43,044 bases of DNA from Polyangia bacterium (GTDB lineage: Bacteria; Myxococcota_A; Polyangia; Fen-1088): NCBI GenBank assembly GCA_036271915.1, contig DATAZS010000509.1:1-43044 (forward strand), given 5' to 3'. Positions within the stretch are counted from its first letter, which is position 1. Every line of letters begins with the position of its first letter. The notes beneath the pieces are model-generated. The model made no database searches. It was not told the DNA's origin and saw only the letters and a program-made list of their open reading frames with translations. Positions 16,792-28,556 of this stretch are shown here, in pieces. Both the position numbers and the translations under genes were made by a program.

Positions 16792-17019
16792 ATGAAGAAC
16801 AAACACAATCACGCCCATCATCTCTCGTCCTCGATGACGTCGACGTCGATGTCGGCGTCCGAACTGTCTGACCCGGAGGTCGAGCCCCACCTCTCCCATG
16901 AAGCCATTGCGATGCGCGCCTACGAGATCTTCTCTCGCCGCGGTCTCGGTCAGGGCAACGCGGACGAGGACTGGTTCGTGGCCGAGCGAGAGCTGCGCCA
17001 CGAGACCAGCGGGCGCTGA
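16792..17019 (+). CDS. DUF2934-family small protein
   Basis: 75 aa. The C-terminal signature HEAIAMRAYEIFSRRGLGQGNADEDWFVAERELR matches the DUF2934 pattern (IAxRAYxxxxxRG...DWxxAExEL). ATG with a GGAG RBS. Confidence 0.8.
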   Translation: MKNKHNHAHHLSSSMTSTSMSASELSDPEVEPHLSHEAIAMRAYEIFSRRGLGQGNADEDWFVAERELRHETSGR

Positions 17020-17167
17020 CTCACGAGCTGATCAAGCTCGGCCGGCGGCGCGCCGTCGACGCGCCACCATCTTCGCGTGCCGGGCCGCGCCTTGGCCTCT
17101 TGCCCTCGCGAAGATCCTTCTTGGCCTCTCGAGCGTTTCGTTTGTCTGGCATCAGCGACGTTCCGAC

Positions 17168-17398
17168 CTATCGAATCGTTTTCAATCGCTTGGCGGTGGG
17201 CGGCTCGCCACTCGCGGAGGTGGAGGCGGCTCGTCGTGCCTCTTCGAGCATCTCGATGAGCTCGGAGATGTCCTCGGGATGGAGGGCAATCGGCGCAGGC
17301 GCCTCGTCTTGCTCCGCGCGTGGCTGCTGGGTGAGCGAGATCATCCCCCGCTCGTCGAAGGACACTTCGCACCTCGACCGAGCAGATATGGCGCGCAT
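17168..17398 (-). CDS. Small hypothetical protein (76 aa)
   Basis: Track ORF with G/C-rich third positions and an acidic helical segment (HPEDISELIEMLEEARR). There is no clear RBS, because AT-rich sequence runs right up to the ATG. I recognise no domain. Confidence 0.4.
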   Translation of the reverse strand: MRAISARSRCEVSFDERGMISLTQQPRAEQDEAPAPIALHPEDISELIEMLEEARRAASTSASGEPPTAKRLKTIR

Positions 17399-17414
17399 GT
17401 TTGTAACTTAGGTT

Positions 17415-17441
17415 GCGAAAACCGACCACACCAGTGGGTGG
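17415..17441 (-). terminator. Candidate intrinsic terminator after the DUF3618-like gene
   Basis: The minus-strand RNA reads CCACCC-acu-GGUGUGG, a 6-bp stem with one bulge, followed by UCGGUUUUCG. It lies 9 nt after the TAA at 17450-17452. The stem is short. Confidence 0.3.
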
Positions 17442-17449
17442 TCTATGTA

Positions 17450-17866
17450 TTAGCGACCCTGCGCGGTCGAGCTCCAGCGCTCTGCGGCCCGCCGCGCGAG
17501 CACCGCAGCGACGGCAGAGGCCGCCGCGGCAAAGACCTTCTTCGCAACATCTGGAGATTGCTTGGCGACGCGCTCAGGATGGTTCGTCACGCGTCGCAGA
17601 GCTTGTGCCACCCGGCTCGCGCGCGAGGGTCGCGAACGTCGGATACGCCAGAGGACGTAGCCGCCGATGCCGAGCGAGACGACCGCGACGGCGCCGATGG
17701 CGAGCGGCTTCGCCGCGCGGTGCCGTCGGCGATCGAGCTCACCGACGAGACCGCCCAGATCGTCCCGGATCGCCTCGACGTTGGCTTCCAACTGCTCAGC
17801 CTTCGCATCGGGCGCGGCGTCTGGCGCGGGTTCCCCGTGTTCGTCCCGAGAGCTTTCGGACGGCAT
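17450..17866 (-). CDS. DUF3618-like membrane-anchored stress-type protein
   Basis: Internal ATG 17866 (MPSESSRDEHG...) lies 2 nt after the stop of the upstream gene. It has a helical segment LEANVEAIRDDLGGLVGELDRR followed by one TM segment (PLAIGAVAVVSLGIGGYVLW). Confidence 0.65.
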   Translation of the reverse strand: MPSESSRDEHGEPAPDAAPDAKAEQLEANVEAIRDDLGGLVGELDRRRHRAAKPLAIGAVAVVSLGIGGYVLWRIRRSRPSRASRVAQALRRVTNHPERVAKQSPDVAKKVFAAAASAVAAVLARRAAERWSSTAQGR

Positions 17867-17868
17867 GT

Positions 17869-18285
17869 CTACACCACCCTTTCTTTGGCGAACTTCACGT
17901 CCTGTTCGAGCTCGTGGCGCGTGCGGGCCAATGGCCGCTGCACCCGTTTGCCCCAGCCCATGGCCCCCGCGATGACGGCGACGATGATGACCGCGCCGCT
18001 CACACATAGGCCCGCGAGCCACGCCGGCAGCACCATGGCGAGCCCCAAGATGCCCGTGACGAGCAGCAAGGCGATCGCCAGCAGCCCCGCGAGCGCGGCG
18101 ACGCTCAGACCGGCGATCATGGACTGCTCGCGTGACAGATCGGCGCGTAGCTCAGCCTTCGCCAGATCGATCTGCGCCGTCACGAGGTGTTTGCTCTGGC
18201 GGACGATCTCTTCGAGGAGCTCGGGCGTCGACAGCGTTGCAGGGCTGGTGTGCTCCGTGGGTTGATTCTTAAAGTCTGTGGCCAT
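17869..18285 (-). CDS. Phage-holin-family / DUF1469-like small membrane protein
   Basis: Internal ATG 18285 (MATDFKNQPTEH...). Pattern LVTAQIDLAKAELRADL followed by two TM segments (MIAGLSVAALAGLLAIALLLV, LAGLCVSGAVIIVAVIAGAM). The upstream part of the track ORF is Arg/Pro junk. Confidence 0.7.
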   Translation of the reverse strand: MATDFKNQPTEHTSPATLSTPELLEEIVRQSKHLVTAQIDLAKAELRADLSREQSMIAGLSVAALAGLLAIALLLVTGILGLAMVLPAWLAGLCVSGAVIIVAVIAGAMGWGKRVQRPLARTRHELEQDVKFAKERVV

Positions 18286-18398
18286 GCCAATCACTGTGGT
18301 TACGAAGTGCGCGCGCAAAAGGGGGACGAAGAAAGTCGTCCGGCCGCAGCCCTCGACAACGGCTTGCGGGCTCTTAGTTTGCTGGGGGAGGTATGACG

Positions 18399-18560
18399 AT
18401 GAACTGTTCAGCCTGTGGCTCTCAGAATTGCGCATGTGACAAGGGCGGCAAGTGCACCTGCGCGAAGGATTGTCCTGCGTGCGCCTCGAAGCACGGCAAG
18501 GGCAAGGCGCCCAAGACGTCCGTCCCGTCCGAAGCGGGCAGTGGGAATCCGCGAAGGTAG
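18399..18560 (+). CDS. Unannotated 53-codon Cys-rich, aromatic-free ORF (metallothionein-like)
   Basis: MNCSACGSQNCACDKGGKCTCAKDCPACASKHGKGKAPKTSVPSEAGSGNPRR. It has 8 Cys arranged CxxC-x4-CxC-x5-CxC-x3-CxxC and no Phe, Tyr or Trp. GGGGGAGG at 18384-18391 lies 7 nt before ATG 18399; an upstream in-frame ATG at 18393 is too close to the RBS. A GC-rich hairpin follows the TAG. The ORF is too short to appear in the ORF track. Confidence 0.55.
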   Translation: MNCSACGSQNCACDKGGKCTCAKDCPACASKHGKGKAPKTSVPSEAGSGNPRR

Positions 18561-18575
18561 GCCGTGATGGTGGCG

Positions 18576-18625
18576 CCTTGGCGGCGTCGAGCCGTCGCGA
18601 CATCGCGATGGCGCCGCCGCCAAGG
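18576..18625 (+). terminator. GC-rich hairpin downstream of the Cys-rich mini-ORF (possible terminator)
   Basis: CCTTGGCGGCG (18576-18586) pairs perfectly with CGCCGCCAAGG (18615-18625). The 28-nt loop is itself partly self-complementary (ATCGCGAT). Only a weak T tail (TTCGACTG) follows. Confidence 0.3.
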
Positions 18626-18761
18626 TTCGACTGACATGGAAGCCGCGTCGCGCGGTTACCGGGACGTTACATCCGAACCGTGATCGGGTTTCTTTGCCGG
18701 CGGCTCGTTAGTCGACGGTATTTGTGCGGCCGCGGAACTATGTTACGCCGGGGAAGCGGTC

Positions 18762-21799
<3,038 letters not shown>

Positions 21800-21803
<4 letters not shown>

Positions 21804-23488
21804 GCAGAGCACGCGCGAAAGGTGATCGGCTCCCCGCGCGGCCCCGGCGGCCCACGCTGCGCGCCGGCGCGACGCCAGGGAGCCGGGCGCTGCACGATCA
21901 GCTCCACGCGCAGATCGAAGATCTCACGACGACGCAGACGCTGCTCGAGGCGTCGCGGGATCGGTACGCGGCGCTGTTCGACGCGGCGCCGATCGCCTAC
22001 GTCGTCTGCGATCCGGGCGGCCGCATCGAGGATCTGAACCTCCCCGCGGCCACGCTGTGCGGCCTGCGGCCCGCGCAGGCTCAGGGGAGCCTTCTGCGGT
22101 CTTTGCTGGCGCCCGGGGATCGCGGTCGGCTCGACGTCCACCTGCGTCGCTGCGTCGAAGAGACCGTCGCCGTCAGCGAAGCGGTCCTCCGGTCGCGGTC
22201 GCGCCCGGGTGGCCCCGCCGTTCCCGTCGAGCTGCGCAGCCACTACATCGCGCGCGAGCCCTTCATCCTCACGGCGATCCTCGACCTGACGGCCAGCAAG
22301 CAGCTCGAAGCCGAGGCGCGGCGACACGAGGAGGCGGAGCGAGGGGCCCGAGAGGCGAACAAGGCGAAGGACGATTTCATCGCGATGTTGAGCCATGAGC
22401 TGCGCACGCCGCTGACGCCCGTGCTCGTGGCCGTCACGGCCTTGCAGCGCGGTGGCCTCGCGCCCGACAAGGTCGCGAAGCTCTACGAGACGATGACCCG
22501 CAACATCCAGGCCGAGGTCCACCTCATCGACGATCTGCTCGACGTCACGCGGATCGTGCGCGGGAAGATCCAGCTGCAACCGGTGGCGTGCGACGTCCAC
22601 GAGCTGGTGCGGGAGGTGGTCGAGAGCCACGACGCCGAGGCGCGCGCGAAGGACCTGCGGGTCGCGCTCGAGCTCGCCGCCGGCGAGAGGTATGTTCACG
22701 GCGATCGTGATCGGTTGCGCCAGGTGTTCGAGAACCTGGTCAAGAACGCCATCAAGTTCACGCCGCCGACGGGACGGATCGTCGTGAGCTCTTGGAATAA
22801 GGACGGTGGCGTCGCGATTGAGGTCACCGACACGGGGATCGGGATGGAGCCCGAGGCGCTCAGTCGGGTGTTTCGCCCGTTCGAGCAGACGACGGACGGC
22901 GGTCGCCGCGGCGGACTCGGCCTCGGCCTCGCCATCTGCCGCGGCATCGTCGAGATGCACGGCGGCGCCATCGCCGCTCACAGCCGAGGTCCAGGGAAGG
23001 GCGCGCGCTTCGTCGTGACGATCGCCACGTGCGACGCGCCGGCCTTCACGCCCGCGGCGATCGTGCCAGAGGGGGTTATGCCGGCTTTCGCGCACCACGG
23101 CCCGCTGCGGGTGCTGCTCGTCGACGACAACGAGGACGTCGCCGAGGCGCTGCGCGATCTCCTCGAGCTCGAGGGCTTTGGTGTACGCGTCGCCGGAACG
23201 GCCGAGGAGGCGCTGAGCGTCGATCCGGTCCAGATCGACCTCGTCATCAGCGATCTCGGATTGCCCGGAATGAGCGGTCACGAGCTCGTTCGGCAGCTGC
23301 GACGGAAGCGGGAAGTTCCCGCGATCGCGTTGAGCGGGTACGGGACCGAGCAGGATCGTCGCGCGAGCTCGGAGGCGGGCTTCGCGGTTCATCTCACGAA
23401 GCCAGTCGAGGCCCAGGCCATCCTGAGCGCCATCGAGCGGGTGACGCGGCCGCCGCGCACGACGCACAAAAATACAGAGTCGGTCTGA
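21800..23488 (+). CDS. PAS-HisKA-HATPase-REC hybrid histidine kinase
   Basis: The GTG start overlaps the preceding stop (GTGA). PAS region (RYAALFDAAPIAYVVCDPGGRIEDLN). H-box MLSHELRTPL, N-box NLVKNAIKFT, G-box GLGLGLAICRGIV. C-terminal receiver (VLLVDDNEDV, LVISDLGLPGMSG, HLTKP). Confidence 0.93.
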
Positions 23489-23569
23489 CAAGACAGCGTG
23501 ACGGGGGAGACTTACATGTGGCTGGTCGCGAAGGCGGGAGTGGCGTTGCGGGGGAGCGACTTTACTTTT

Positions 23570-23603
23570 CCGCCTGTGGTCGGGCTCGCTCGGCCACAGG
23601 CGG
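23570..23603 (+). terminator. Strong stem-loop, probably the intrinsic terminator of the cheBR-kinase unit
   Basis: CCGCCTGTGG (23570-23579) pairs with CCACAGGCGG (23594-23603), a perfect 10-bp stem. It can extend inward to about 15 bp with two G-U pairs around a CTCG tetraloop. GATTTCTATTC follows. It lies 82 nt after the stop at 23488. Confidence 0.55.
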
Positions 23604-23642
23604 GATTTCTATTCGGCGGTCGTGTACGTCCAGCGCCCGCAG

Positions 23643-23662
23643 GAGTGTTTACAGATAAAGGC
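23643..23662 (+). promoter_or_regulatory. AT-rich motif GAGTGTTTACAGATAAAGGC (copy B), upstream of the LuxR-type regulator gene
   Basis: Differs from copy A (16746-16764) by one substitution and one extra A. Flanked by a 7-bp inverted repeat, CCAGCGC (23630-23636) / GCGCTGG (23667-23673). It lies between the terminator hairpin and the RBS (GGAGG, 23695-23699). Confidence 0.35.
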
Positions 23663-23706
23663 ATGTGCGCTGGTTCTCGATGGCGCCCTGTCCCGGAGGA
23701 GCTCTG

Positions 23707-24348
23707 TTGAAGCTGGCTCTCGTGGACGACCACGCGCTCTTTCGCGAGGCGCTGCGCGCCACCTTAGGGATCCGCGCGCCTGACATCGAGGTCCTGGGAG
23801 AGTTCTCGACGGCTCGTGAGGTCATTCACGCGGGACCGAAGCTCGCGCCGGACGTGATCCTGATGGACGTCCTGCTCACGGGGACGAGCGGCATCGCCGC
23901 GACGCGCGAGCTGCGGCGCCTGGGGTTCACGGGCCACGTGATGATTCTGACGGCGCTCACGGAGCCGGCGTTCGTCATCGACGCGTTCGCGGCGGGCGTT
24001 CAGGGATACGCGCTCAAGGAGCAGACGATTGACGATCTCCTGCTCGCGATCCGCCGTGTCTCGGGAGGCCAACCGTATGTCGCGCCACGCCTCGAGGCGG
24101 CGCTGGCCGAGCGGCAGATCCGTCCCGTCGTGAAAGGCCCCGGTCTCATGGAGACCCTGTCGACGCGCGAGCGAGAGGTCTTCAGCCTCATCGTGGCGGG
24201 ACATACGAATCAAAGGATGGCCGCGGAGCTCTGCATCAGCGTCAAGACGATCGAGACGCACCGGAGCCGCATCAACAAGAAGCTCTGCGTGCACTCCACG
24301 GCCGAGTTGGTTCGCTTCGCGGCGCTACACGACCTCATTTCGGCGTAA
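23707..24348 (+). CDS. NarL/LuxR-family response regulator (REC + HTH)
   Basis: A TTG start at 23707 gives MKLALVDDH and lies 7 nt after GGAGG. The track start GTG 23665 adds 14 unlikely residues. Receiver motifs VILMDVLL, MILTA, ALKEQ. LuxR HTH: LSTREREVFSLIVAGHTNQRMAAELCISVKTIETHRSRINKKL. Confidence 0.92.
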   Translation: MKLALVDDHALFREALRATLGIRAPDIEVLGEFSTAREVIHAGPKLAPDVILMDVLLTGTSGIAATRELRRLGFTGHVMILTALTEPAFVIDAFAAGVQGYALKEQTIDDLLLAIRRVSGGQPYVAPRLEAALAERQIRPVVKGPGLMETLSTREREVFSLIVAGHTNQRMAAELCISVKTIETHRSRINKKLCVHSTAELVRFAALHDLISA

Positions 24349-24419
24349 ACGAGCCAACGAACGACGGCGCGTGCTCGCAGGTCCTCCAGGGTTGGTACAA
24401 TCATCCGAGGGTTCAGGAC

Positions 24420-25763
<1,344 letters not shown>

Positions 25764-25820
25764 CCATGAGGCCACCCAGCAACGCCACGCCTGCGACGGC
25801 GGCGGCGAAGCGCGGCTCCG

Positions 25821-27842
25821 TCACGGCTGGTGCCTGAGGCCGTCGATCGCCGCCGGCATCCCGATCACCATCCATCGGTCGGCCCCCGTGGTCGCCGCGA
25901 TGGTGTCGGGCTCCACCCACGCGTCGCCGATCGAGGGTGATCGCACGCCGATGACGACGACGTGGCTCGCGGCGCGCAGCGCATCGACGTCGACGGGGCG
26001 CCCGACGGACGCGCGCGGCGCGGGGATGACCTCGACGCGCTGACCTCGTGGCAGCTCGAGATAATCGGCGGCCTCCACCTGGCCGTTCGTCCACACGACG
26101 CGCGTGTACAGCAGATCGCGCTGCAAGATTTCGCGATCGAAGGCCGCGAGGAGCGTCCGGCGCGATACGACGCCGAGCAGACGGCCGGGCTGCGTCGGGT
26201 CGACGATCGGCAGCTCGCCCCAATCGACGGCGAACAGCTTCTCGCTGAGCGTCGGGAGCGAATCGTCTGGGAAGCCCGAGATCACGGCGCGCGCGCATCG
26301 TTCGCAAGTGTCGGCTGTCGTCTCGTCGTGGGGCGCGGTCCAGAGGCTCGCGGCGGCGTGCAGATCGATCGCCGTGACGGTCTCGCCGCCCGTGACGAAC
26401 ACGACGCGCGCCCGCGTGTGCGCGAGGAGGTCGAGCGCCGATCGCGCGGGGGCCGCGCGATCGAGGGTCGGCGGATCGAGCTCCATGATGTCGCGCGCGC
26501 GGACGGTCGTCGCGATCCGCTCCTCGAGCGACCGCTCCCACGGGACCCCGCGGCGCTGCAGCTCTTCCGTGTAGATCGACGTGGGCCGGAGGATTCGAGC
26601 GACGAGCGTCGCGAGCGCCGTCGCGATGAACAGCGGCAGAACGATGCCGTAGTCGCCCGACAGCTCGAAGGCGAGGACGGTCGCCATGAGCGGGGCGTGC
26701 GTGGTTGCGGCGATCACGCCCGCCATCCCGACGAGCACGTACCCGCCCAAGAAGCCGTGCGTCGGCAGCGCGGCATGCGCGAGCGCGCCCGCGAGCCCGC
26801 CCGTGGCCGCGCCCAAGAAGAGCGAGGGCGTGAACACACCGCCCGGGCTCCCCGACGACACGGAGGCCGTCGTCGCGAGGGCCTTCGTCAGGAGGAGGAT
26901 GGCGACGAGCGCGACGCCGTACTGCGCGTCGAGCATCTGCTGAATCGCCTCGTAGCCATTGCCGGTCACTTGCGGCAAACGGAGCGCGAGCGCGCCCACG
27001 ACGAGGCCGCCGAGCGCGCCACGCACGGGCGCCGGCGCCGCGAGCCGTCCCACGAAGCGGCTGCCCAGATCGAGGGCCGACATGAAGGCGACGCCGACGA
27101 CGCCCGTGACGAGGCCGAGCACGCCGTACGCGACGAGCTCGCTGCCCGAGCGCAGCTCGAAGGCCCGGAGACCATAGAGCGGCCCGGCCCCCAGGACGAG
27201 CCGCGTGAGCCACGTCGCGATCGTCGTCGCCACGACGACGGGCACGACGACCTCGAGCGTGAGCACGCCCGTCACGATCTCGACGACGAAGATGACCGCC
27301 GCGATCGGCGTGTTGTACGCGGCGGCGAAGCCCGCGGCCGTTCCCGCCGCGACGAGGGTGCGCACGCGACGGGGCGTGAGGCCGAAGCGCTCCGCGATCG
27401 TGCCGCCCGCCGCGGCGCCGACCTGCAGCAGCGGCCCCTCGCGTCCGATCGAGCCGCCGCTCACGATCGCGAGGAACGATGCGAGCGCCTTCCACAGCGC
27501 CGTTCGAAGGGAGATTCGCCCGCGCCCGAGCGTGACGGCCTCGAGGATCTCCGCGACGCCGTGCCCGCCCGAGCGCGCGGCGACGAGGCCCAGCGTCGCG
27601 GCGGCGGCGCCGCCGATCGCGGGCGTGAGGAGGCGGGCGAGCGGCGGCAGATGCTGGAACGCCGCCAGCAAGTCCCGCTGCCCGAACAGATGCGCGAACG
27701 AGAACGACAGCCCGGCGCGGAACGCGACGCCGAAGGCACCCGCCGCCAGGCCGACGGCCGCCATGGCGAGCGCGTAACGCAGAGGCCCAGCGATGCTGGT
27801 CGCCGCCGAGCGGTGCTTGCCCGCGCTAGGACTGGCCCCCAT
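25821..27842 (-). CDS. ClC-family chloride channel / H+-Cl- exchanger with C-terminal CBS pair and RCK_C-like domain
   Basis: Selectivity motifs GSIGREGP and GGVFTPS. Multiple TM helices. The C-terminus has CBS-like segments and a TrkA_C-like tail (GQRVEVIPAPRASVGRPV). A later start (for example MAAVGL, near 27764) is possible. Confidence 0.9.
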   Translation of the reverse strand: MGASPSAGKHRSAATSIAGPLRYALAMAAVGLAAGAFGVAFRAGLSFSFAHLFGQRDLLAAFQHLPPLARLLTPAIGGAAAATLGLVAARSGGHGVAEILEAVTLGRGRISLRTALWKALASFLAIVSGGSIGREGPLLQVGAAAGGTIAERFGLTPRRVRTLVAAGTAAGFAAAYNTPIAAVIFVVEIVTGVLTLEVVVPVVVATTIATWLTRLVLGAGPLYGLRAFELRSGSELVAYGVLGLVTGVVGVAFMSALDLGSRFVGRLAAPAPVRGALGGLVVGALALRLPQVTGNGYEAIQQMLDAQYGVALVAILLLTKALATTASVSSGSPGGVFTPSLFLGAATGGLAGALAHAALPTHGFLGGYVLVGMAGVIAATTHAPLMATVLAFELSGDYGIVLPLFIATALATLVARILRPTSIYTEELQRRGVPWERSLEERIATTVRARDIMELDPPTLDRAAPARSALDLLAHTRARVVFVTGGETVTAIDLHAAASLWTAPHDETTADTCERCARAVISGFPDDSLPTLSEKLFAVDWGELPIVDPTQPGRLLGVVSRRTLLAAFDREILQRDLLYTRVVWTNGQVEAADYLELPRGQRVEVIPAPRASVGRPVDVDALRAASHVVVIGVRSPSIGDAWVEPDTIAATTGADRWMVIGMPAAIDGLRHQP

Positions 27843-27859
27843 AGATTCGAGAACAGTTC

Positions 27860-28471
27860 ATGTCCATCGCCCGGCCCGAGCACCAGGTTTTCTTGCTGTC
27901 GCCCGCCACTTTGTCTGGTCGCCGCGCCGCGATGGTCTCCAACCCGCGCGCCACGTTCGACCTCGCGCGCCGACTGCGCGACCCCGAGGGCGCGCCCGTC
28001 GGTGAGGTCTTCGCCTTCGTGAGCGGCCTGTACTTCAGAGGCAAGGTCGCGTACGCGAACGCCTTCGGCCGTCCGCCAGAGGGCCTCGCGGGTGGCCTCG
28101 TCATCAGCCCGGCCGAAGGCTTGGTGCCGCTGGATGAATCCGTCACGGTCGCCCGCCTGCGCGCCTGGGCGGAGGTCGAGATCGACGCGAAAAATCCAGG
28201 CTTCACGAGGCCTCTTTGCTTCGACGCCGAACAGCTCGAACGCGCGCACGGCAGTCGGACGCGGTTCGTCCTGCTCGGCAGCGTCGCGACCAGCAAGTAC
28301 GTCCGTCCGCTCGCGACGGTGTTCGGCGATCACTTGTTCTTCCCGTCCGACTTCGTCGGGCGAGGCGACATGAGCCGCGGCGCTCTGATGCTGCGTGCCG
28401 CGCGAGCGCGCGAAGAGCTCGACTACGTCGAGGTCGAGGGCGCACGCCTCTCGACGGCGCGACGCTCGTGA
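27860..28471 (+). CDS. Hypothetical cytoplasmic protein (203 aa), family not recognised
   Basis: Track ORF with good composition and a conserved-looking C-terminal block: FVLLGSVATSKYVRPLATVFGDHLFFPSDFVGRGDMSRGALMLRAA. The ATG is only 17 nt from the annotated ClC start on the other strand. Confidence 0.65.
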   Translation: MSIARPEHQVFLLSPATLSGRRAAMVSNPRATFDLARRLRDPEGAPVGEVFAFVSGLYFRGKVAYANAFGRPPEGLAGGLVISPAEGLVPLDESVTVARLRAWAEVEIDAKNPGFTRPLCFDAEQLERAHGSRTRFVLLGSVATSKYVRPLATVFGDHLFFPSDFVGRGDMSRGALMLRAARAREELDYVEVEGARLSTARRS

Positions 28472-28556
28472 CGTCGAGGGCGGGGCGTGCCCTTCGACGT
28501 CGCGCTGTAGAGATCCGACGGGCACCCGAGGATCGCTCGGATTGACGTAAGCTTTC

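Noticed and set aside
23498-23710. A 70-aa plus-strand ORF in the gap between the hybrid kinase and the LuxR regulator.
   Set aside because: It is spanned by the terminator hairpin and the AT-rich motif. It has poor coding character and no RBS.
24393-24401. TGgTACAAT, a good extended -10 match upstream of the 24420 kinase.
   Set aside because: It ends only 18 nt before the ATG, so a start about 7 nt downstream would leave almost no leader for the GAGGG RBS. It is possible, but I cannot support it without 5'-end data.
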